A DNA stretch of 64,000 bases from an uncultured Actinomycetes bacterium (GTDB taxonomy: Bacteria > Actinomycetota > UBA4738 > JBBDTT01). The notes below the pieces were generated by a model. It was not told the origin of the DNA and searched no databases. It worked only from the letters and a program-made list of their open reading frames with translations. The stretch is from NCBI GenBank assembly GCA_963742735.1, contig CAVUMN010000001.1, positions 32,001 through 96,000 of the forward strand, read 5' to 3'. The position numbers and the translations under genes were made by a program. Each line of letters starts with the position of its first letter. Positions within the stretch are counted from its first letter, which is position 1. Shown piece after piece: positions 9,854 through 18,968 of this stretch.

Positions 9854-10977
9854 CTCGCGCCGCTGTCGACGCTCACGAAGGGCGTGTCGGAGTCCAGCTC
9901 CGAGCGGGCGATGACCTCCTCCAGATAGCGCGGGTCGAAGAACGTGATCTCGAGCTGCTTGGCGCGGCGGAAGTAGAGCTGCATGTCGATGTCCCGGGTG
10001 AAGCCGATGCCGCCGAACACCTGCTGACCGACCTTGGTGGAGCGGCGGAACACGTCGCACGCGTAGAGCTTGGCCATCGCGGCCAGCGGGCCCATGGGCA
10101 GCCCCGACGCGCGCCGCCAGGCCGCCTCGTAGACGAGCACCCGGCCGCCCTCGAACTCGGTGGCGATGTCGGCGAGCGGGTGGGCGATCCCCTGGAAGGA
10201 CCCGATCGGCCGGTCGAACTGGATGCGCTCCTTCGCATATTCCACGGACATCTCGTGGGCCCGCTCGGCGCCGCCGATGGCGTACGCGGCGATGGCGATG
10301 AGGCCGTCGGCCATCGCCTCCTCCAGGATGATCCGGCCGTCGCCCGGGAGGCGGTCCCCGGGCGCATCGGCCAGGTCGAGCTGGTAGTCGGCCTCCGAGC
10401 CCATGGAGGGCGTCTGGGTCAGCGTCACGCCGTCCGCGCGCGGATCCAGCAGGTACGCGGCCATGACCTCGCCCTCGCGGGCCAGGACGATGATCGCGTC
10501 GGCGGAGCTGGCGTACGGCACCATGATCTTGGTGCCGGTGAGTGTTCCGCCTCGGGCCTCCAGCCGGACTCCCTCGGGGCCGGAGCTGGACTCGGGCTCG
10601 TGCCAGGCGACGGTGACGATCGCCTCCCCCGCCGCGATCCTCGGCAGCCACTCGGTCTTCTGCGCGTCAGTCCCCCCGGCCGCGATCAGCCCGGCCGCGA
10701 TGACGGCGCTGACGAGGTGGGGCGAGGGCGCGATCGCCCGGCCGAGCTCCTCGTAGACGACGGCGAGCTCCAGCGGGCCGAGCCCGGCGCCCCCGTGCTC
10801 CTCCCCGACGACCAGGCCGACCAGCCCGGTCTTCGCCAGCTCGTCCCAGAGCTCGGTGCGATAGCCCCTGGGGTCGTCCTCCAGCGCGCGAACGATGTCG
10901 ACGGTCGAATGCTTCGCGCACAGCTCGCGCACGGTCTGACGGAGGAGCTCCTGCTCTTCGGTGAAGTCGAGGTCCAC
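9850..10977 (-). CDS. Acyl-CoA dehydrogenase (short, beta-type subunit)
   Basis: DLDFTEEQELLRQ, QFDRPIGSFQ, GGIGFT. AGAAGGAG RBS before GTG. Confidence 0.88.
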   Translation of the reverse strand: MDLDFTEEQELLRQTVRELCAKHSTVDIVRALEDDPRGYRTELWDELAKTGLVGLVVGEEHGGAGLGPLELAVVYEELGRAIAPSPHLVSAVIAAGLIAAGGTDAQKTEWLPRIAAGEAIVTVAWHEPESSSGPEGVRLEARGGTLTGTKIMVPYASSADAIIVLAREGEVMAAYLLDPRADGVTLTQTPSMGSEADYQLDLADAPGDRLPGDGRIILEEAMADGLIAIAAYAIGGAERAHEMSVEYAKERIQFDRPIGSFQGIAHPLADIATEFEGGRVLVYEAAWRRASGLPMGPLAAMAKLYACDVFRRSTKVGQQVFGGIGFTRDIDMQLYFRRAKQLEITFFDPRYLEEVIARSELDSDTPFVSVDSGAS

Positions 10978-10988
10978 GTCGTCTCCTT

Positions 10989-11462
10989 CTAGGGTTGCCA
11001 GTCGTCGCCCGAGCGCGCCCAGGGGCTGGGGCCGTCGCCGGCGAGGATCGCGATGCGCGCCCAGCACTCGACGGCCGTCTCGCCGTTCGCGCTGACGGCG
11101 AGATCCACCTCGGCCCAGGTGCAGCCGGTCTGGTCTGTCTCGACCTTGCTCACGGTGCCGTTGAAGGTCATGCGGTCGCCGGCACAGATCGACCGACGCA
11201 TCCGGAACCGCAGCCGGCCGAGCCGTCCGATGGGCCCGGTCCAGTCGGTGAGGTAGCGCTCGAACCAGCCGGCGAGGTTCGGGGTGTTCAGGAAGATGTC
11301 CTTGGTCCCGACCTTCTCGCGGGCCCAGGCGTGGTCGTGGTGCTGGGGCTGCCAGTCCCGGCTCGCCGACGCGCCCATGATCACGACCCGCGGGGTGACG
11401 TCGACCGTCAGCTCTGGGAGCTTCTCCCCCACCCGCGCGTCCGGCCCGATCGTGTTGATCAC
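10989..11462 (-). CDS. MaoC-type (ChsH1-like) enoyl-CoA hydratase subunit
   Basis: ASRDWQPQHHD hydratase motif, DIFLNT, RYLTDWTGP. GTGA overlap. Confidence 0.8.
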   Translation of the reverse strand: MINTIGPDARVGEKLPELTVDVTPRVVIMGASASRDWQPQHHDHAWAREKVGTKDIFLNTPNLAGWFERYLTDWTGPIGRLGRLRFRMRRSICAGDRMTFNGTVSKVETDQTGCTWAEVDLAVSANGETAVECWARIAILAGDGPSPWARSGDDWQP

Positions 11463-11971
11463 GAGGAGGCCTCCCCGCGGACATAGCTGAACATCTCGTA
11501 GGTCTCCACGCCGACGATCTCGTCGTTCTGGTTGCGATAGGTGACGTCGATCGTCCAGTTGCGGCCCCTGCCGACGCGGCTCTCGCGGAACTCGCCGATC
11601 TCGCGGACGGACTCCGTGGTCCGAACGCGGTCGCCGGGCCGGACCGGTGCGTAAAACGCGATCTCGTTGCGATACACGATGCCGTCGGGGAGGCCGAACG
11701 CCTCCTTCATGCGGAAGTGGAGCTCCAGCGGGCGGACAGCCTCTGCGGCGTCCGGCTTCCACACCAGCGGCCGCATCCAGACCGACAGCATCGACGGCGG
11801 AGCCACCGGTCCACCCGAGAGGTGCTGGGCCTGCTGGGGGTCCCAATACAGCGGGTTCGCGTTCTCCGTGGCCTCCAGCCAGTGCAGGATCGCGCCGGGC
11901 TCGCAGGCGATGTCCCCCAGCGGGTTCTCCAGCTCGACGCCGGTCCACTTCGCGACCAGGTCGTCGGTCAC
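11459..11971 (-). CDS. MaoC/hotdog dehydratase partner subunit (similar to ChsH2 N-domain)
   Basis: ILHWLEATENANPLYWD, VAPPSML, PVRPGDRV. Confidence 0.8.
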   Translation of the reverse strand: MTDDLVAKWTGVELENPLGDIACEPGAILHWLEATENANPLYWDPQQAQHLSGGPVAPPSMLSVWMRPLVWKPDAAEAVRPLELHFRMKEAFGLPDGIVYRNEIAFYAPVRPGDRVRTTESVREIGEFRESRVGRGRNWTIDVTYRNQNDEIVGVETYEMFSYVRGEASS

Positions 11972-13011
11972 GGGCGATCCCCTCGTGCGAGGACCTCGCC
12001 GACCTGACGGAAGTGGCCGTGGTCGGGGTGTTCGGCCTCGACGATCGCGCCGCGGGCGACGAACTGCGGATCGTCGCCGACCTCGCCGATCGAACGCACC
12101 GGCGCGACGCACGTGTCGAGCGGGGCGAGCACGTCCACCCACGCGTCGCGGTCCCGGATCGCGAACGCCTCCGCCAGCCGCGTACGGAGCTCGTCCTGGC
12201 GCGCGTCGTCGTACTGCGCGTCCGCGAGCTCCTCGAACCCGAGGGCCCGGCACAGGTTCGCGAAGAACTTGCCCTCGATCGCGCCCACCGAGATCCACCG
12301 GCCGTCCGCGCACCGATACACGTCGTAACAGGCGTACTTCCCGGTGAGCAGGCTCGTCCCCGGGCCGGTCTCGACCCCGGTCGCGAGGTGCTCGTCGACG
12401 AACAAGGCCATCAGGTGCAGCACGCCCTCGGCGGTGGAGACGTCCAGGTACGCGCCCTCGCCGGCGGCCTCCCGCCGGAACAGCGCGGCCGCGATCGACA
12501 GCGCCGCGTGCAGGCCGCCCCCCGCGCCGTCGGCCAGCGTGGCGCCGGGGATCGCGGGGCCCCCGTCCTCGCGGCGTCCCTGGGTCCCCAGGAACCCCCC
12601 GACGGCCAGGTAGTTGAGGTCGTGTCCGGCCCACGCCGCGTACGGGCCGTCCTGCCCGTATCCCGTGATGGCGGCGTAGACGATGCGCGGGTTGGTCTCG
12701 CGGCACGCCTCGTAGCCGATCCCGAGGCGGTCGGCGACGCCGGGCCGGTAGGACTCGACCACGACGTCGGCCTCACCCACGAGCCGGTGGAACTCCGTCT
12801 TCCCCTCCTCCGACTTCAGGTCGAGGTCGACGGTTCGGGTTCCCCGGCCCGCGCCGTAGGCATAGAAGGGCGGCTCGATGCGGCCGGCGCCCTTCGGGGG
12901 CAGCACCTTGACGATCGAGGCGCCCAGGTCCCGGAGCGCCGCCGTGCATCGCGCGCCCGGCCCGACCGCGGAGAGGTCCAGGACGGTCACGCCGTCGAGC
13001 GGTCCCGGCAT
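11968..13011 (-). CDS. CaiB/BaiF family III CoA-transferase, alpha-methylacyl-CoA racemase-like
   Basis: LDGVTVLDLS, ESYRPGVADRLG, GYGQDGPY, GHDLNY (racemase-type motif). Confidence 0.82.
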   Translation of the reverse strand: MPGPLDGVTVLDLSAVGPGARCTAALRDLGASIVKVLPPKGAGRIEPPFYAYGAGRGTRTVDLDLKSEEGKTEFHRLVGEADVVVESYRPGVADRLGIGYEACRETNPRIVYAAITGYGQDGPYAAWAGHDLNYLAVGGFLGTQGRREDGGPAIPGATLADGAGGGLHAALSIAAALFRREAAGEGAYLDVSTAEGVLHLMALFVDEHLATGVETGPGTSLLTGKYACYDVYRCADGRWISVGAIEGKFFANLCRALGFEELADAQYDDARQDELRTRLAEAFAIRDRDAWVDVLAPLDTCVAPVRSIGEVGDDPQFVARGAIVEAEHPDHGHFRQVGEVLARGDRP

Positions 13012-13018
13012 CGGCCCG

Positions 13019-14201
13019 TCAGCTCTGGACGGGGAGGCCCAGGCCGCGCCGGGCGATGATGTTGCGCTGCACCTCGGACGTCCCCGCGCCGACGGTGTCG
13101 ATCACGCTGTAGCGGTAGATGTGCTCGAAGCGGCCGTCGACGGGCGCGTGCGGCGCTCCGCGGCGAAGGGCTCCCTGCGCGCCGGTGATCGTCAGGAACT
13201 CGTCGGCGACGCGCTGGCCGATCGTGGTCGTCCACAGCTTGAACATCGCCGACTCCAGGTTGGGGACCTCGCCGGCGGCGGCCTTCGTGATCACCCGCAT
13301 GCAGTGCATCCGGGCCACCTCCACCTGCGTGGCCAGCCAGGCGGTGGTCCGGCGCACGTGCGGATCGTCCTTCAGCGCCGTGCCGTCCCGCTGCGCGGTC
13401 CGCACGTAGTCGCGGTACGCCTCGTACTTCTTCACGTAGGCCGCGATCGTGAACAGCGTGAAGCGCTCGAAGTCCAGGGCCTCGGAGACGTAGTAGAAGC
13501 CCTTGTCCACCTCGCCAACGACGTAGTCGTCGGGGATGAACACGTTCTCCAGGAACACCTCGTTCGTGATCTCGTTGTCGCCGATCGTGTCCATGGCCTG
13601 GACGGTGATCCCCTCGGCGCTTCATCGGGACCAGGAAGAGCGTGATGCCCTTGTGTTTGGGGGCGTCGGGGTCGGTGCGGGCGGCCAGCCAGTACCAGTC
13701 GGCGAAGTGGGCCGACGTGGTGAACCGCTTCTGCCCGGTCAGGCTCCAGCCGCCCTCGACCTTCGTCGCTCGGCATTTCAATGCGGCCAGGTCGGAGCCG
13801 GCGTCCGGTTCGGAGTACCCGATGGCGAACTCGACCTCGGCGTTGAGGATCTTGGTCAGGAACTCCTGCTTCAGCCGCTCGTTGCCGTGGCGGATGATCG
13901 TCTTGCCGACGATGCCCACGCCCTTGCCGATCAGCGGCGCGCCGACCGCGGCGAGCTCCTCGTTCAGCAGGTACTCATAGACGCCGGGCTGCTCGTGGCC
14001 GCCGTACTCCTTCGGCCAGGACATACCGATGTAGCCGCGCTCGGCCATCTTCTTCATGAACCCGCGCCGCTCGGGGGTGTCGACGAGCTGGGCCATGCCC
14101 TCGCGGGTGGGATCCATGACCTCGGGCGAGTACGTCTCGCGAAGGAACTCGCGGACCTCTTTCTGGAAGCGCTTCTCGTCCTCGGTCCAGTCGAAGTTCA
14201 C
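13019..14201 (-). CDS. Acyl-CoA dehydrogenase (FadE26/29-like alpha subunit), frameshift ~13615
   Basis: FAIGYSEPDAGSDLAAL, WLAARTDPDAPKHKGIT in one frame. TNEVF...LDFERF...GAGTSEVQRNII in another. Confidence 0.85.
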
Positions 14202-14213
14202 ACCGCCAAGAAT

Positions 14214-14232
14214 ATCTGACGGACCGTCAGAT
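14214..14232. promoter_or_regulatory. Palindromic operator ATCTGACG-GAC-CGTCAGAT (site 2)
   Basis: Abuts a minus-strand TATTCT -10 box (14209-14214) lying 7 nt before the GTG of the ACAD operon. Confidence 0.85.
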
Positions 14233-14307
14233 TTCAGGCGACCGGGTTGCCTCGAAGGAGCCTCGAGGGAGTCTGATAGGCGCGTCACCGCCGGAGGGGA
14301 GCCGGAC

Positions 14308-14628
14308 ATGCCCAAGTACCTGTTCAAGGGTCGGTACTCCGTGGAGGGCGCGCGGGGGCTGCAGGCTGAGGGAGGTACCGCCCGGAGAGAGGCCGTTCGG
14401 GCCGTCGTCGAGGGCGCCGGGGGCACGCTCGAGGCCTACTACTTCGCCTTCGGGGACGTCGACGTGTACGCGATCGCCGACCTTCCCGACAACGCCGCGG
14501 CCACCGCCGTCAGCCTGACGATCGGAACCAGCGGGGCGGCCGGCGTCGAGACCGTCGCGCTCCTCGCGCCCGAAGAGGTCGACGCGGCCGTGAAGATCCA
14601 CCCCAACTACCGCCCGCCCGGCGACTGA
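14308..14628 (+). CDS. GYD-domain protein
   Basis: MPKYLFKGRYSVEGARGL...YYFAFGDVDVYAI pattern. GGAGGGGAG RBS. Confidence 0.8.
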   Translation: MPKYLFKGRYSVEGARGLQAEGGTARREAVRAVVEGAGGTLEAYYFAFGDVDVYAIADLPDNAAATAVSLTIGTSGAAGVETVALLAPEEVDAAVKIHPNYRPPGD

Positions 14629-15302
14629 CCCCGGCATGCACCAGCGCTCCCACGCCGGCCATCACCGCCGACGCGGCGGCCTGTTTCGTTCACTGATGGC
14701 GCGGCTGCGCTGGACCGGACGGCGCCGGCGCAACGGGCGGATGTGGGGCCGGGTCAGCGGGAAGTGGCGGTAGCCGCCGCGGTAGGAAGACGCCGACCGG
14801 AGTCGAAACGCCGCTTCGCGCCCGGATACGGCAGACCGCCTGGACTCGATCGTTCACCGCATGGTGAGGGCGACTACGCGGAGGTTAGCTGCAGCTGGCC
14901 TTGTGTCGTATACGACGGATCCCGCAGCTAGAGCTCGGTCGCTGGATCGAGGACGATGAGGTTGCCGGGACGACATCCTCACTGATATGAGCTTGCCGAT
15001 CGCCGGCGGGACTGCTCGCCCTCGGCGCGACGCGGCCACGCGAGTCGGCAACCCGGGCGTGGTCAGGGTAGACCGTGGACCATCTGGACCGAGCGGAAGA
15101 CGCCGGCCGCAGCGACTTGACGCATGGTCGGCAGAGCGGAGTAGGATGACGGTACCGGACGTCCACCGTGGAGGTCGAGAACGCGCATCCGTACATGTGA
15201 TCCCAGCTAGGCCCAGGGGCGCGTCCTCGCCGGCGAGCTCGATCCGGGACGAGGCGCCTCGAGGCACCTCGACGCCGCGAGGGCCGGAATCGGTGCGCGC
15301 GG

Positions 15303-15896
15303 CTAGTCGGAGGTGGCGGTGAGGCTGCTCGCGCGCCACCGGCAGAACTGAACCACCTCTCCCGCCAGGGTCTGGAGCTGGAACGCCACCTTGTCGTCGA
15401 CGCACACGCCGGTCTCGTCGAACGTCGGGAGGGTCGAGTTGATGGCCGCGCCGAGGGGTGTGACCCAGCCGCGAAGCGCGTGCACGATCGCGCGCATGGC
15501 CTCGATCGTCGTCACGATCCCCTGCCAGCCCGCGCCGGTGGCGATGATCCCGACCGCCCTGCCGGACAGATACGGGTTGGGGTCCTCGCGCATGTCCTCG
15601 GTGTAGTCGAGGGCGTTCTTCACCATGCCGCTCACGCTGCCGTGGTAGCCGGGTGAGGCGACGATGAGGCCGTCGGCGCGGCGGAGCTCCTCGACGAGCT
15701 GGACCGCCTCGGGCGCGCGCTCGGGGCGCTCCGGGGCGTAGTGCGGAAGCCGTTCCAGGAAGTTGCCGTCGAACCGAGCGGTGGTGGCGCCGTCCTGCTC
15801 GGCGGCCTCGAGGGCGAAGCGCAGGGCCTTCTCGGTGGAGGAGTTGTCGCGGGTGGTTCCGCCGATGCCGACGATGTGCGGGGCCCGCTCGTTCAT
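15303..15896 (-). CDS. NADPH-dependent FMN reductase
   Basis: GIGGTTRDNSST, ASPGYHGSVSGMVKNALDY. Confidence 0.88.
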   Translation of the reverse strand: MNERAPHIVGIGGTTRDNSSTEKALRFALEAAEQDGATTARFDGNFLERLPHYAPERPERAPEAVQLVEELRRADGLIVASPGYHGSVSGMVKNALDYTEDMREDPNPYLSGRAVGIIATGAGWQGIVTTIEAMRAIVHALRGWVTPLGAAINSTLPTFDETGVCVDDKVAFQLQTLAGEVVQFCRWRASSLTATSD

Positions 15897-15898
15897 GG

Positions 15899-17131
15899 CT
15901 ACGCCATCTCGAAGAGCTCGAGCTCCAGGAACAGCCGGTGGTCGAGCTTGTCGCGCTTCGCCTGCAGGTAGCGCAGGTTCTCGGGGGTCGGCTCGGTCTG
16001 CAGCGGCACGCACTCGCTGACGATCACGCCGAGCTCCTCGAGCCCGCGGCACTTGGCCGGGTTGTTGGTGAGCAGCCGAACCGACTGGATCTCGAGGTCG
16101 CGCACGATCTGCGCGGCCGCCTCGTAGGTGCGGATGTCGGCCGGCAGCCCCAGCGCCAGGTTCGCGTCGACCGTGTCGAGGCCCTCGTCCTGGAGCTCGT
16201 AGGCGCGCAGCTTGTCGAGGATGCCGATCCCCCGTCCCTCGTGGCCCTTCACGTACACGATGACGCCCCGGCCGATCGCCGCGATCTCGCGCATGGCCTC
16301 GTGGAGCTGGGCGCGGCAGTCGCAGCGCAGGCTGCCGAAGACGTCGCCGGTCAGGCACTCCGAGTGGATCCGGGTGAGCACGTCCTCCCCGCCCTCCGCC
16401 GGTCCGAACACCAGGGCGATGTGCTCCCGGTTGTCGGTGCCCGACCGATAGCCGAGGCCGCGGAACTCGCCGAAGGGCGTGGGGATGCGCGCCTCGGCGA
16501 TGCGTTCGATCAGGACCTCGCTGCGCTGCCGGTACGCGATGAGGTCGGCGATCGTGACCAACAGGAGGCCGTGGGTCTTCGCCACCTCGACCAGATCCGG
16601 CAGGCGGGCCATGGAACCGTCGGCGTTCATGACCTCGCAGATCACCCCGGCCGGCTCGAACCCTGCCAGGCGGGCCAGGTCCGTCGCGGCCTCGGTGTGG
16701 CCGGCGCGCTCCAGCACGCCCCCCGGCCGCGCCGCGAGGGGGAAGACGTGGCCCGGCGTGCGGAACTCGTCGCCCCGGGCGTCGGGGGAGACCGCCCGGG
16801 CGATGCACCGCGCGCGGTCGTGCGCGGAGATGCCGGTGTTCACGGGGGTGTGGAGGTCGATGGAGACGGTGAAGGCCGTCCCCTTCGGGTCCCGGCTTCC
16901 GGCGACCATGGGTCGCAGGCCGAGGTCGGCGGCGCGGCGACCGGTGATCGGAAGGCACACCAGTCCCCGGCCGTGGGTGACCATGAAGTTGATGGCGTCG
17001 GGGGTGACCATCTCCGCGGCCATCACGAAGTCGCCCTCGTTCTCACGGTCCGGGTCGTCCACGACGATGACGATCTCGCCGCGGCGGATGGCGTCGATGG
17101 CATCCTGGATGCGGGCGAATGGGTGGGTCAC
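15899..17131 (-). CDS. ribBA: Bifunctional DHBP synthase / GTP cyclohydrolase II
   Basis: DDPDRENEGD, GHTEA, RIHSECLTGDVFGSLRCDC, EGRGIG, LLTNNPAK. Confidence 0.93.
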   Translation of the reverse strand: MTHPFARIQDAIDAIRRGEIVIVVDDPDRENEGDFVMAAEMVTPDAINFMVTHGRGLVCLPITGRRAADLGLRPMVAGSRDPKGTAFTVSIDLHTPVNTGISAHDRARCIARAVSPDARGDEFRTPGHVFPLAARPGGVLERAGHTEAATDLARLAGFEPAGVICEVMNADGSMARLPDLVEVAKTHGLLLVTIADLIAYRQRSEVLIERIAEARIPTPFGEFRGLGYRSGTDNREHIALVFGPAEGGEDVLTRIHSECLTGDVFGSLRCDCRAQLHEAMREIAAIGRGVIVYVKGHEGRGIGILDKLRAYELQDEGLDTVDANLALGLPADIRTYEAAAQIVRDLEIQSVRLLTNNPAKCRGLEELGVIVSECVPLQTEPTPENLRYLQAKRDKLDHRLFLELELFEMA

Positions 17132-17156
17132 GCGGCGCTCCCCCCGTCTCACGTGG

Positions 17157-17194
17157 TGTTCGCTATAGCGAACAGCCAATCACAATGACAAACG
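17157..17194. promoter_or_regulatory. Tandem operator with perfect 18-bp palindrome TGTTCGCTATAGCGAACA (putative IclR site)
   Basis: 29/36 identical to 23675-23710. Lies directly downstream of a minus-strand TTGACG-18-TACCCT promoter and overlaps the -35 of a plus-strand ATGACA-17-TATGAT promoter. Confidence 0.8.
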
Positions 17195-17243
17195 AAGGGT
17201 ACGTCGGTATGATGCGCTCCGTCAAGCCCCGAGGAGAGCCTCG

Positions 17244-18044
17244 ATGGACGTCCTGAAGGTGTTCGATCTGACCGGCCGCGCCGCCGTCGTCACGGGCGGC
17301 GGGAGCGGCATCGGGCGCGCCACGGCGCAGGTCCTGGCCGGCGCCGGTGCCGGCGTGGTGGTCGGCGACATCGTCGAGACCGGTGCCAAGGAGACGGTCC
17401 GCATGATCGAGGAGGCCGGCGGCAAGGCGGTCCCCCACCTGGTCGACGTGACGGAGCGGTCCCAGGTCGAGGAGCTCGTCGACCGGGCCGTGCAGGAGTA
17501 CGGGCGGCTCGACGCCATGGCGAACGTTGCCGGCGTGGCCGCCGACGGCTCGATCATGGACACCACCGAGGAGTTCCTGGACCGATCGTTCGCCATCAAC
17601 CTCAAGGGCGTGCTCTTCGGCTGCCAGGCCGCGGTCCGGGTCATGCAGGGACAGGAGACGGGCGGCTCGATCGTCAACGTCTCTTCCACCGCCATCGACG
17701 CCCCCGCGAGGAACTACGGCGTCTACGCCATGGCCAAGGCCGCGGTCGCGCAGCTGACGAAGACGCTGGCCCTGGAGGTCGGCAGGAACAACATCCGCGT
17801 GAACACGATCGCCCCGGGCATGACCATCACCCCGTTCACCAGCCGGCACCTGAACGAGCCGGACGGCTCGATGAACCAGGAGAAGTACGACGCGTTCGTC
17901 GAGCAGATGAAGAAGCTCTCGCCGCTGAAGCGCGTGGGCGAGCCCGAGGACCAGGCCTACCTCATCCTGTACCTGGTCAGCGACGCCGCGAAGTTCTCGA
18001 CGGGCACGATCTGGCGCGCCAACGGCGGCCAGGCCATGCTCTAG
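17244..18044 (+). CDS. SDR oxidoreductase
   Basis: TGGGSGIG, NVAG, YAMAK. Confidence 0.9.
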   Translation: MDVLKVFDLTGRAAVVTGGGSGIGRATAQVLAGAGAGVVVGDIVETGAKETVRMIEEAGGKAVPHLVDVTERSQVEELVDRAVQEYGRLDAMANVAGVAADGSIMDTTEEFLDRSFAINLKGVLFGCQAAVRVMQGQETGGSIVNVSSTAIDAPARNYGVYAMAKAAVAQLTKTLALEVGRNNIRVNTIAPGMTITPFTSRHLNEPDGSMNQEKYDAFVEQMKKLSPLKRVGEPEDQAYLILYLVSDAAKFSTGTIWRANGGQAML

Positions 18045-18115
18045 AGTCGTCCCGGATAGGTTGCGACAGGAAGGTTCACTTCCGAGGCAATCGAGCGCGA
18101 GCCTCCGGGTTTGCC

Positions 18116-18145
18116 AAGAGGCAGGGGCCACGGCTCCTGCCTCTT
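18116..18145. terminator. Intrinsic terminator-like hairpin
   Basis: AAGAGGCAGGGGCC / GGCTCCTGCCTCTT inverted repeat downstream of the SDR. Confidence 0.7.
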
Positions 18146-18176
18146 TCCGTTGGCCGGGGGGGTACCGTCGGCAGTC

Positions 18177-18917
18177 ATGAAGCGCGCCCTGCGGGTCTCG
18201 GCGGTGGTGCTCGGGCTGTCGGTCCTGGTCCTGGGCGCGGAGGTGCTCCTGGCCGTGAACCGGCGATACCAGCCCACGTCGCCCGCGCTGGACCTCGACG
18301 CCGCGTTCGGTCCGGCCGGTGGCGAGCCGCTGAGGTTCGTGGTGCTCGGCGACTCGACCGGCGCGGGCGTCGGCGCGGGCGACGCGAGCCACGCGTTCCC
18401 CACCCTGCTGGCGGAGCGCCTGGCGGCCGGGGGGCGCCGGGTCGAGCTGCGCGTGTTCGCCGTCTCGGGCGCTCGGGTCCGCGACGTGCGGATCCACCAG
18501 GTCCCGCGGGCGGTCGACGCGCGCCCCGACCTGGTCTTCGTCGCGATCGGGGGCAACGACGCGACGCATCTCACGGGCCTGAAGGGACTCCGTGAGGACA
18601 TGGGGGCCGCCCTGGACGCCCTCGTCGCGACCGGCGCGACCGTGGTCGTGTCCGGCCCCGGCGCGATGAACACGCCGAACTTCCTGCCGCCGCTGCGGCA
18701 GCTGATCGGCTGGCGGGGGCGGAGCGTGGAGGCCGCGATCGAGCGCGCCGCCGAGGAACGGGGTCTGGCGACCGTCCAGCTCCGGGAGCGCACCGGAGAG
18801 CTGTTCACGGGCGACCCCGAGACCTTCTTCAGCGACGACTTCCACCCGGGTCCCGCCGGCTACGCCGCCTGGGCGGAAGCCATCGGGCCCGTGCTCGAGC
18901 GCGCCCTGAAGACCTAG
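18177..18917 (+). CDS. SGNH/GDSL hydrolase with N-terminal membrane anchor
   Basis: LGDSTG, GGND, DDFHP blocks. Hydrophobic N-terminus. Confidence 0.88.
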   Translation: MKRALRVSAVVLGLSVLVLGAEVLLAVNRRYQPTSPALDLDAAFGPAGGEPLRFVVLGDSTGAGVGAGDASHAFPTLLAERLAAGGRRVELRVFAVSGARVRDVRIHQVPRAVDARPDLVFVAIGGNDATHLTGLKGLREDMGAALDALVATGATVVVSGPGAMNTPNFLPPLRQLIGWRGRSVEAAIERAAEERGLATVQLRERTGELFTGDPETFFSDDFHPGPAGYAAWAEAIGPVLERALKT

Positions 18918-18968
18918 AGCCTCCGCGGTCGGTTCGCCCGGGCCCTCGGGGGGAACAATGCCCCCGCG

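Noticed and set aside
14273-14288. CTGATAGGCGCGTCAC as a fifth operator
   Set aside because: It has mismatches and spacing 1 bp too long. Isolated CTGACG half-sites in CDSs (e.g. ~10936, ~12004) were also ignored.
17132-17243. FMN riboswitch upstream of ribBA
   Set aside because: There is too little space and no RFN consensus. The region is occupied by promoters and the tandem operator.
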